Source: Candidatus Eiseniibacteriota bacterium
GTDB lineage: Bacteria; Eisenbacteria; RBG-16-71-46
NCBI GenBank assembly: GCA_963725865.1
Contig: CAVSAC010000019.1
Span: 138,320-202,319 of the forward strand
Direction of reading: 5' to 3'
Length of the DNA: 64,000 nucleotides
Part shown: positions 21,751 through 29,666 of the stretch, piece after piece
Layout of the letters: each line of letters begins with the position of its first letter
Numbering within the stretch: the first letter of the stretch is position 1
The notes under the pieces: generated by a model
What the model was told of the DNA's origin: nothing
Database searches by the model: none
The model's input: only the letters and a program-made list of their open reading frames with translations
Made by a program: the position numbers and the translations under genes

Positions 21751-23646
21751 TCACGGCCCCACCGTGGCGGTCCCGCCGAGGGTCGTGATCGTGAGCAGCT
21801 TGCCGATGGTGATCGGCAGGCCCTCGTGGAACGTCACCGGGGAGAGGTAGATGGTCGAGCCGGGAAACGCCTGCGCCGCCGCGTTGCCGAGCGTGTGGTA
21901 GGGACCGCCGGCGAACGGCGTGCAGACGATCAGGCCGAGCTCGGCGCACCCGCTGGTGTAGTCGGCGAACACCGCGGTCGACGTGGCGATCTCCACCGCC
22001 GCGCAGGCGCGATAGAGGTTGTTCTGATCGGGGAGACTCCAGCCCAGGTTCACGGCCGCCTGGCGCAGCGCCAGGTAGAGGTCGCTCCATCCGCTCGACG
22101 ACGTGAGCAGGTGGGTCTGCGCCTCGTAGTAGAGATCGGCGACGCTGGCGACGCCCATGCCGTCGACATGCTGTCCGTTGAACGTGTCGCCGTCGGTGAG
22201 CAGGTAACAGAGCTTGTTGTTCACGCCGCTGTTCGTGTGCACGCCGCCGTAGTCGTTCCCGAGGTTGGGCGTGCCCGCCGCGGGCACGTAGAGTGGGCTG
22301 CTCAGCTTGTCGGGATGGCCGTACTGGGGCGGGTTCTTCATGTTGCGGAGCGCCCCGCCGGCGAGGTCCTCGCCGAGCAGCCAGCGCACCGCGGGGGTGT
22401 CGGTGCCGCGGCCGTTGCCGAGATCCACGAACTCCCCCCACACGTCCGAGAACGACTCGTTGATGGCGCCCGAGGCGTTCTGATAGAGGAGCTTCGAGGT
22501 CGCTCCGGTGACGCCGTGGGTGACCTCGTGGGCGATGACGTCGTCCACCGCGAAACCCGGCCCCACGTACATGGTGTCGCTCACGGTGAACTGGGCGTTG
22601 CTGCAGCCGGTGAGGTTCTGGCCGAAGCCGCAGTAGCGCACCACGCCGCGCAGCTGGCCGCCGGCGCCGTCGTAGCTGTCGCGCCCGTGCGTGGTCGAGT
22701 AGAACGACCAGGTGTCGCCGAGGAAGTCGTAGCTGCTGTTCGCGTCGGCGACGATGCTCAACGGGCCGCCCTCGGTGCGGACGATCGTGAACGGCCGGTT
22801 CGCGCCGGAATTCGCGTCCGACATGATGCGGTTGAGCGCATCGGCGTCGAGCGCAAAACGCCACACCACGCTGCCGTCACGAGCGTCGAGCACCAGGTCC
22901 TCGCTGCCCGGACCGCCGCTGGCGATCGCGCGCACCACCCAGGCGAGCCGCGCGGGACCCTGGCCTTCGAACTGCGCCGGCACGAACACCGCGAGCGACG
23001 GCGTGCCGAGCGTGACGCCGCGGCCGCCGGCCACCGCGGTGGACGCGGCGCGCGCGCGCTCGGCCACCGCAGCGCGCGGCAGCACGCCGAGCGTGTCGGG
23101 CGTGAAGGCGCCCAGCGCCGCGCCGCGCGCGGCACGGTTCATCACCGCCTCGACCGCCGCGGCGTCGTCGAGCTGCACCACCACCTCGGCGCCCAGCACC
23201 GGGACGCCGGCGAGCGTCTGCTGGAAGCGATGGTAGCTGCGGCCCGCGGCCTGCTCGCTGCGCTCGAGCGCCAGGTCACCCGCGGCGCCGAATCCGAACG
23301 CGGCGCGGTGCGCGAGCACGAAGGCGCGCGCACGATCGGCGGGCGTGGCGCCGGCCGGCGCCGGCACCGCGTGGCCCTTCGCCGCGCCGAGGTAGTCGAC
23401 CGCTCCGTCAGCCGCCACGCTCACCATCGCCCCCGCCTCCGCGCCGCTCACCGCCAGCACCTCCCGCTGCAATGCCGCGGCCGCGTCGCCGGGCACGTGA
23501 GCCAGCGCCGGAAGCCGCACCGCGCCCGCTGCGCCCGGCCCCGCCGGCGCGGCGGCGCGAGCCACGCCCTGACCGGCGGCGATCACCAGCGCCAGCCCCA
23601 GCGCCAGCATCCACCACGACGCCGCCCCCCTGTGCGGCGCGCTCAC
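21751..23646 (-). CDS. Secreted M4 (thermolysin-family) metallopeptidase
   Basis: Signal peptide, FTP/PepSY-like propeptide (RFQQTLAGVPV, LAWVV..LDARDG), DVIAHEVTHGVT, GAINESFSD, DYGGVHTNSGV; GTG start overlaps the upstream stop. Confidence 0.93.
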   Translation of the reverse strand: MSAPHRGAASWWMLALGLALVIAAGQGVARAAAPAGPGAAGAVRLPALAHVPGDAAAALQREVLAVSGAEAGAMVSVAADGAVDYLGAAKGHAVPAPAGATPADRARAFVLAHRAAFGFGAAGDLALERSEQAAGRSYHRFQQTLAGVPVLGAEVVVQLDDAAAVEAVMNRAARGAALGAFTPDTLGVLPRAAVAERARAASTAVAGGRGVTLGTPSLAVFVPAQFEGQGPARLAWVVRAIASGGPGSEDLVLDARDGSVVWRFALDADALNRIMSDANSGANRPFTIVRTEGGPLSIVADANSSYDFLGDTWSFYSTTHGRDSYDGAGGQLRGVVRYCGFGQNLTGCSNAQFTVSDTMYVGPGFAVDDVIAHEVTHGVTGATSKLLYQNASGAINESFSDVWGEFVDLGNGRGTDTPAVRWLLGEDLAGGALRNMKNPPQYGHPDKLSSPLYVPAAGTPNLGNDYGGVHTNSGVNNKLCYLLTDGDTFNGQHVDGMGVASVADLYYEAQTHLLTSSSGWSDLYLALRQAAVNLGWSLPDQNNLYRACAAVEIATSTAVFADYTSGCAELGLIVCTPFAGGPYHTLGNAAAQAFPGSTIYLSPVTFHEGLPITIGKLLTITTLGGTATVGP

Positions 23647-25094
23647 TGCAGGCTCACGAGCACCAGCACCAGGCCGGTGCCGTGCTCAAGCGAGGTCATC
23701 GCCTTGCCGAGGACCGCGCCCGGCGCGCGATCGCGGTCGCCCGCCCGCATCGCGTAGCCCGGGCGCTCGGCGGTGGTGAGCAGATCGCCGGGACGGATCG
23801 GTCCGCCCGCGGCGTCGCACTTCACCCACACGCGCCCGCTGAGCGCGATCGGCGAGGTGCCCTCGCGACGCTCCTCCTTGCCCAGCTCGACCCCGGCCGC
23901 GAGGCCGTTGGCGCCGCTCACCACGCCGGCCACGGTGCGGCAATACGCGCCCGCCGCTACCTCGAGCCGTCCGGTCGCATTCGCGTCGATCGCCATCACG
24001 GTGCCCGGCTCCACACTCGCCAGCGTCTCGAAGCGCTCGGCCAGGTCGGCGCCGCCGAGGATCTGGAGAGTGCGCACCTTGGCGAGGCCGTCGGCGAACA
24101 GAGCGGCGCCGCCACCGTCGTTGCGGAAGTAGCCGCCCTGGCCGCCCGGGCTCCCGGACAGCCCGGTGACCCCGGAGTGCCCGGCACCGAGGCTCACGCC
24201 GTACACGCCGTCGCCGGTGTTGCTGCTCGCCATCACCCCGAAGCCGGTCTGCGCGGTGGCGTGGATCGCGTCGCTGTGCGTGCTCGAGGCCTCCAGGCCG
24301 ATGGCGTCCACCGACGAGGCGTAGACGCCGTCGGATGGAGCGCCCGAGACACCGGTGCCGGTGTTGCCGACGCCGACGACGGCGGCGTTGATGGGGAAGA
24401 ACAGACTGCCGACGGTGGTGGCGCGCACACCGGGCCCGCTGGAGGCGAGCACGTCGAGCTTGGCTCCCGGCGTGGTCACGCTGCCGACCAGCACGGACGC
24501 GCCCGGAGCGTTCAGGTAGAGCGGGATGGCATGGCCCGCGCCGTAGTCGTAGCCGTAGACGGACCCGCCGTTCACGTTGCCGCCGTCGAAGAACACGCCG
24601 ACGCCGGTGGCCGCGTGCGTGGACTGACCGGTGACGCCCGCCGCGCCGCCGGTATAGGTGATGTTGCCGAATCCATCCGCGCTCCACGGGTTGGTGCCGC
24701 CGCCGCCGTTCAGTGCGTAGAGCGCGTACGGCGCCGCCGTGAGTGGCTGGCGCGGAGCGAGCAGCGTGTAGCCCGCGTCACCGGGACCCTTCACCTGGAT
24801 GTCGAGCCAGCGCCCCTGCCCGGCGAACGGCGAGGCCCCGAAGTCGAGCGACACGGTGAAGAGCCCGTTGGTGGTCGAGATGCCCGGCTTCGGCAGATCG
24901 GCGCCCACCTGCAGTCCGCCGGCGGCCGAATCGAACAGCCTGAAGATGAGATCGTACGAGCCGTTCACGGGCGCGGCGTTGCTCTCGAGCCGCCCCTGGT
25001 AGGTGAAGGCAGTGCCCAGCGGCGCGGCGCTCGCCGCGGTCGCGATCGCCAGTCCCAGCGCCAGCAGCGCGGCGCTCATCGTCGTTCGGTGCAT
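23643..25094 (-). CDS. Secreted phage-tail-fibre-like protein with C-terminal intramolecular-chaperone-like (peptidase G2-like) domain
   Basis: Signal peptide; FTYQGRL...RQPLTAAPYALYA N-terminal domain; Gly-rich GV(Y)G beta-repeat shaft; GADLAERF...IALSGRVWVKCD..GPIRPGDLLTT...VLGKAM C-terminus. Confidence 0.8.
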   Translation of the reverse strand: MHRTTMSAALLALGLAIATAASAAPLGTAFTYQGRLESNAAPVNGSYDLIFRLFDSAAGGLQVGADLPKPGISTTNGLFTVSLDFGASPFAGQGRWLDIQVKGPGDAGYTLLAPRQPLTAAPYALYALNGGGGTNPWSADGFGNITYTGGAAGVTGQSTHAATGVGVFFDGGNVNGGSVYGYDYGAGHAIPLYLNAPGASVLVGSVTTPGAKLDVLASSGPGVRATTVGSLFFPINAAVVGVGNTGTGVSGAPSDGVYASSVDAIGLEASSTHSDAIHATAQTGFGVMASSNTGDGVYGVSLGAGHSGVTGLSGSPGGQGGYFRNDGGGAALFADGLAKVRTLQILGGADLAERFETLASVEPGTVMAIDANATGRLEVAAGAYCRTVAGVVSGANGLAAGVELGKEERREGTSPIALSGRVWVKCDAAGGPIRPGDLLTTAERPGYAMRAGDRDRAPGAVLGKAMTSLEHGTGLVLVLVSLQ

Positions 25095-25146
25095 GGAGTC
25101 CTCTCTCGGTGCGGGGCAGCGGTCGCGGAGCGGCCGCAGGCAAGTG

Positions 25147-25713
25147 TCAGTCGAGCAGCACGACGCGCTGCGAGGCGTGGAACTCGCCCGCATCGAGCCG
25201 GATGAAGTAGAGACCCGGCGCCGCGCGCCGGCCGCCGTCGTCCTCGCCGCTCCACGCCATGTGGTGACGCCCGGCGTCGCGCGAGCCTCTCACCAGCGTG
25301 CGCACGAGGTGCCCGGCGACGTCGTAGACGACCAGCCGCACGTCGCGCGTCGCCGTGAGGTCGAACGCGATCAGCGTCGAGGCGTGGAACGGATTCGGCG
25401 CGCCCGCGAGCAGCGCCATGCGGCGCGGCAGCTCGGCGGGCGATTCCGGCGCCGCGAGCCAGGTACGATCGCGCAGCGACCAGAACCCGCCGCGCAGCAC
25501 GTAGGTGCCTCCGCTGCCGAGGGCGGCATCCGACTGGCCGATGGTGGCGCCCACGCGGTAGGAGCCGCCCTGGCTGAAGATGCCGCCGCCATCCGCCACG
25601 GCGCCCCAGCCGAGGTCGTAGCGCCCGCCGACCTGGGCACGGGCCGTCGCGGCGAGGAACGTCAGTGCGAGCAGCGGCGCCGCGCGGCGCAGCGCACCCG
25701 AGATGCGTGTCAT
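25147..25713 (-). CDS. Small secreted GGFW-motif protein with FlgD-Ig/T9SS-like C-terminal domain
   Basis: Signal peptide ending ARA; SQGGSYRVGATIGQSDA..GGTYVLRGGFW; then PNPF...VYDVAGHLVRTL...WSGEDDGG...PGLYFIRL...RVVLLD. Confidence 0.85.
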   Translation of the reverse strand: MTRISGALRRAAPLLALTFLAATARAQVGGRYDLGWGAVADGGGIFSQGGSYRVGATIGQSDAALGSGGTYVLRGGFWSLRDRTWLAAPESPAELPRRMALLAGAPNPFHASTLIAFDLTATRDVRLVVYDVAGHLVRTLVRGSRDAGRHHMAWSGEDDGGRRAAPGLYFIRLDAGEFHASQRVVLLD

Positions 25714-25953
25714 GGGACCTCCGGCGGCCGGGTGTCGAGGCGGCGGCAGCGACCGCTGCCGTGGCCACCACCCGAAACGAAGTCCCCACGCGAAACCGAA
25801 CGGTCGAGATACAGGAGGTGCGTGCGCGCCACAAGCCCACGCTCGCCGGCGGCGGGTGGAAGGCGGGAGCATGGCGCCGGTCGGAAGCGAGTGCGCCTCC
25901 GCGGCGGGCCGCGGATGGCGCGGGGTGCGGAGGACCGCGGCGGAGGCCGCGGG

Positions 25954-26931
25954 TCAGTCGTCGGCGGGGGCCGGAGCGGCGCCCACGTCCGCGAGCAGGC
26001 GCTCGGCGGCGGCGTGAGGCGTCAGGCGGCGCTCGGCGAGGTCGGCGACGATCCGCGTCCATTCCTCGCGCGCCACGCGGGTCTGGAACTCCTGCCACAA
26101 CTGCTCGCGCAGCAGGTCGCGCAGGCGCTGCTCGAGCCGCTGGCGGCGGCGGCGCTCGAGCCCGCCGTGCGCCGCCATCCGCTCGAGGTGCTCCTCGAAC
26201 GCGTCCGCCACCTGCGGCACGCCGTCGCCGGTCGAGGCGGTGGTGAGCAGCACCGGCGCGCGCCGGTCGCTGGTCGGCGCCCGCAGGTCGAGCGCGGTGT
26301 TGACCGCGAACGCCGCGCGCTCGGCGCCTTCGCGATCGGCCTTGTTGATCACGAACAGGTCGCCGATCTCCATCAGGCCCGCCTTCATCGCCTGCACCGC
26401 GTCGCCCGACTCGGGCACCAGCACCACCGCGGTCGAGTCGGCGGTCTGGGCGACCTCGAGCTCGCTCTGCCCCACGCCCACCGTCTCGATCAGGATGCGC
26501 TCGAAGCCCGCGGCGTCGAGCACGTCGCAGACCTGCGCGGTGTGGACCGCGAGCCCGCCCATGCTGCCGCGGGTGGCCATCGAGCGGATGAACACCCCCG
26601 GATCGCCCGCCAGCTCGCCCATCCGCACGCGGTCGCCGAGCAGCGCGCCGCCGCTGAACGGACTGGTGGGATCGACCGCGACGATCGCCACGCTCCGCTC
26701 GCGGCGGCGGTACTCCTGCGCGAGCCGGGTGACGAGCGTGCTCTTGCCCGCGCCGGGCGGGCCGGTGATGCCGATGCGGAACGCCTGTCCGCTGCGCGCG
26801 AAGCAGGCGTCGAGGATGCTCACGGCGTCGCGCGCTTCGTTCTCGACCCGCGAGATGGCGCGCGCCAGCGGCACGCGCTCGCCGGCGAGCAGGCCGCGGA
26901 TCACGTCGTCGGTCGAAAGGTCGTGGGACAT
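25954..26931 (-). CDS. meaB: Acyl-CoA mutase-associated GTPase MeaB/ArgK
   Basis: GITGPPGAGKST, AVDPTSPFSGGALLGDRVRM, ETVGVGQSE, KAGLMEIGD, NKAD. Confidence 0.95.
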   Translation of the reverse strand: MSHDLSTDDVIRGLLAGERVPLARAISRVENEARDAVSILDACFARSGQAFRIGITGPPGAGKSTLVTRLAQEYRRRERSVAIVAVDPTSPFSGGALLGDRVRMGELAGDPGVFIRSMATRGSMGGLAVHTAQVCDVLDAAGFERILIETVGVGQSELEVAQTADSTAVVLVPESGDAVQAMKAGLMEIGDLFVINKADREGAERAAFAVNTALDLRAPTSDRRAPVLLTTASTGDGVPQVADAFEEHLERMAAHGGLERRRRQRLEQRLRDLLREQLWQEFQTRVAREEWTRIVADLAERRLTPHAAAERLLADVGAAPAPADD

Positions 26932-26995
26932 GCGATCGAGCGCCCGGGTGGTCGCGGCCGCACCCTTCGGCCGCACGGTTCGGTCAGGAGCGCGG

Positions 26996-27025
26996 ACCTT
27001 ACGCGGCGCCGTTCGAGACGGTCAA
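26996..27025 (-). promoter_or_regulatory. Putative sigma70 promoter of meaB
   Basis: TTGACC-N18-TAAGGT upstream of meaB. Confidence 0.55.
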
Positions 27026-27062
27026 GACGCGCGGGGCCGGCGCTCGCCGTCCCCGCCCGGGC

Positions 27063-29468
27063 TCAGCGCGTGGCGACCAGCGCGCGCGTGACCTCGCGCC
27101 CGCCCGCCCGGAGCCGCACGCGGTAGGCGCCCGCGGGCAGCGCACGCCCGCTGTCGTCGCGCAGATCGAACCGCAGCGCGTGCTCGCCGGCGTCGCCGCG
27201 CCCGGCGAACAGCTCCCGCACGCGCCGGCCGGCGGCGTCGAACACCTCGAGCCGCGCCTCGCCGGCCGCCGCCAGCGTGTAGACGATTCGCGTCGCACCG
27301 TGCGCGGGATTCGGCTGCGGGAGCGCGAGCGCGAGCACCAGCGGCGCCGCGCCGTCCACCGCCAGAGCGCCGGCCGGCAGCAGCAGCGCCGCCGCGCTCT
27401 CGTTGCCGTGCAGGTCGGCGGCCGTGAGCTTGTAGTAGTAGGGGGCACCCGCTGCGTCCGCGTACGTCGTCCCGGTCGGCGTCGCTACCAGGCTCCCCGG
27501 TCCGAGCGCGAACCCGGGCGTGGTGCCGCGATAGATGCGATACGACGTGAAGTCGGGCGCGAAACTGGCGCCCCACTGAAGCTCCGCGGTGCCGCTGGCG
27601 TAGGTGCCGCTGAACGGCGCTGGCGTCGGCGGCGCGAGGTTGTCGACCGAGTACGCGGAGTCCGCCGGCGAGAAGTACGACTCGGGCAGCGCCGCGAGCT
27701 TGGCGTCGACGAAGAACACGTTCCACGGCACGCCGGACGCGGTCGAGTCGGCCGCGGTGGAAGCGGTGTAGCCGTAGCCGTCGGCGGTGCGCGCGGGCAC
27801 GTTCGCGATGAACTCCCAGTAGAGCGTCTGCGCGCCGTCGCGCGTGATTCGCAGCCGGCCGGGCCCGGCGGCCGCGCCGCCGGCGGGCGCGACGCCCGCG
27901 GCCAGCGCGCGCGCGGCCGCCGCCGCGCTCACGCGGCGCCACAGTGTGTAGGACTCGATGCCGTGGTAGGCGGGTACGTCGGCGCAGCTGCTGCTCCACA
28001 GCACGCGCACTTCGCCACCCTGATCGCCCGGCACGTCGCGGGCCGAGGTGATGAGCGCCTCGGGCGAGCCCGGGGCCCCGTAGCCGCGCTCGATGCGCTG
28101 CGCGTAGACGTCGAGGCCGCTGCCGCCGCGGGCGTCCTCCCACGCCACCACCACGCCCCCCGCGCCGTCGGCGACGGTGGTCGGAGCCTGCTGGCTGCCG
28201 CTCGCGAGCGAGACCGGCGCGCCGAGCGCGGACCATTGCAGCACGCCGCTGCTGTCCACGCGCTGCGCGTACACGTCGAAGCCCGCGGCGCTGCGATGAT
28301 CCTGCCACGCCACGATCATGCCGCCGTGACCGTCGCTGGCGCCCCACGGGGCCTGCTGGTCCCCGCTCGCCGCGCACAACGGCACGCCGTCGAGCGCCCA
28401 GCGCACGGAGCCGACCGAATCGACGCGCTGCGCGAACATCGCGTCGCGGGTGCCGCTGCGATGATCCTGCCACGCGACGATCATGCCGCCGGCGCCGTCG
28501 GTGACGGGCGACATCCTCTGGATGTCGCCGGGGGCCACGCAGATCGGAAGCCCGTTGGCACCCCACTGGACGACCCCCGCGGCGTTGACGCGCTGGGCGT
28601 ACACATCGATCGACGTTCCACTGCGACCGTCGACGAACGCCGCGATGACGCCGCCCGTGCCATCGGCGACCAGCCCGGCGTACTGGTCGGTGGGCGCGGT
28701 GCACAGTGCGACCCCGCCGGCGGGCCAGGCGATGCCGCCGCCGCCGCGCATGTGCTGCACGTAAGGATCCCCGAGCCCGAGGGTGGCGTTCTTGGTCCAG
28801 GCCAGGAACGCGCCGTTGGCTCCATCGCCGACCATCGAGGTCGGAAGATTGAGGCCGGGTCCGGTGCCGAGCGCCAGCCCGGGCCCGCCGAGGATCAGGA
28901 GTCCCGAGAACTTCACCTGCTGCAGGTAGACCTCGGCGCCGCCACCGCGATGATCGGCCCAGGCCACGAGCGCTCCGTTCTGCCCGTCGCGGGCGATCAG
29001 CGGGAATTCCTCGAGCGCGTCGACCGTGCACACGCGCACCCCATCCGGCGTCCAGACTGGCGCGCCCGCGGCGTCCAGCCGCTGCGCGAACACGTGGGTC
29101 TCCGCGACGCGAGCGTCCTCCCACGCCACGACGATCCCACCCGCTCCATCAGCGTCCAGCATCGGATGCTGCTGATCGCCGGGTGCCGCGCACACCGGCA
29201 CGCCGTTGGGGCTCCACAGAGCCTCGCTCTGCGGGCCGAGGTGCTGGGCGTAGATGTCCACGTTGCCGGCCCGGGCGTCCTCCCACACCAGGAACACCCC
29301 GCCGGCACCGTCGGGAACCGCGTTCGGACGCCGCTGGTCACCGACCAAGGCGCTGATCGCCAGCCCGACATGGGTGTCGCGCGGCCACGCGGCGTTCGCG
29401 CCGGAGGCGTGGGACCCGAGGAGGACGAGGGACGCGAACATGGCGAGGCCACGCGTGCGCGGGGACAT
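27063..29468 (-). CDS. Secreted repeat protein (about 7 DGAGG..VAW.D.R...YAQR repeats, probable beta-propeller) with FlgD-Ig/T9SS-like C-terminal domain
   Basis: Signal peptide ending ANA; repeats of roughly 55-60 aa; SVDNLAP / YRIYRG Ig/FN3-like segment; PNPAHG...VFDAAGRRVREL...AGAYRVRL. Confidence 0.88.
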   Translation of the reverse strand: MSPRTRGLAMFASLVLLGSHASGANAAWPRDTHVGLAISALVGDQRRPNAVPDGAGGVFLVWEDARAGNVDIYAQHLGPQSEALWSPNGVPVCAAPGDQQHPMLDADGAGGIVVAWEDARVAETHVFAQRLDAAGAPVWTPDGVRVCTVDALEEFPLIARDGQNGALVAWADHRGGGAEVYLQQVKFSGLLILGGPGLALGTGPGLNLPTSMVGDGANGAFLAWTKNATLGLGDPYVQHMRGGGGIAWPAGGVALCTAPTDQYAGLVADGTGGVIAAFVDGRSGTSIDVYAQRVNAAGVVQWGANGLPICVAPGDIQRMSPVTDGAGGMIVAWQDHRSGTRDAMFAQRVDSVGSVRWALDGVPLCAASGDQQAPWGASDGHGGMIVAWQDHRSAAGFDVYAQRVDSSGVLQWSALGAPVSLASGSQQAPTTVADGAGGVVVAWEDARGGSGLDVYAQRIERGYGAPGSPEALITSARDVPGDQGGEVRVLWSSSCADVPAYHGIESYTLWRRVSAAAAARALAAGVAPAGGAAAGPGRLRITRDGAQTLYWEFIANVPARTADGYGYTASTAADSTASGVPWNVFFVDAKLAALPESYFSPADSAYSVDNLAPPTPAPFSGTYASGTAELQWGASFAPDFTSYRIYRGTTPGFALGPGSLVATPTGTTYADAAGAPYYYKLTAADLHGNESAAALLLPAGALAVDGAAPLVLALALPQPNPAHGATRIVYTLAAAGEARLEVFDAAGRRVRELFAGRGDAGEHALRFDLRDDSGRALPAGAYRVRLRAGGREVTRALVATR

Positions 29469-29611
29469 GGGGCGGGGACCTCCTGCGCGAGAGTGGGGAT
29501 CACGGCCGAAGGATGCGCGCGCCGGTCCGCGGCCCGACGGCGCCGGGACCGATCGCGCGGCGGCGGCATTCTGGCAAATCGCGGTGCGCCGCGACACCCC
29601 TTTCGACCCAC

Positions 29612-29648
29612 GAAGAAGCCCGCCAGGGACGATGCCCCGGCGGGCTTC
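29612..29648 (-). terminator. Putative intrinsic terminator after the Kelch gene
   Basis: Minus-strand hairpin GAAGCCCGCCGGGG-CATCGT-CCCTGGCGGGCTTC followed by a short TTCGT tail, 18 nt after the stop. Confidence 0.65.
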
Positions 29649-29666
29649 GACGACCTGGCGACGGTG

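Noticed and set aside
23643..25094. Prophage or tailocin remnant suggested by the fibre-like gene
   Set aside because: It has a Sec signal peptide, and no capsid, tail tube, baseplate, integrase or lysis genes are nearby.
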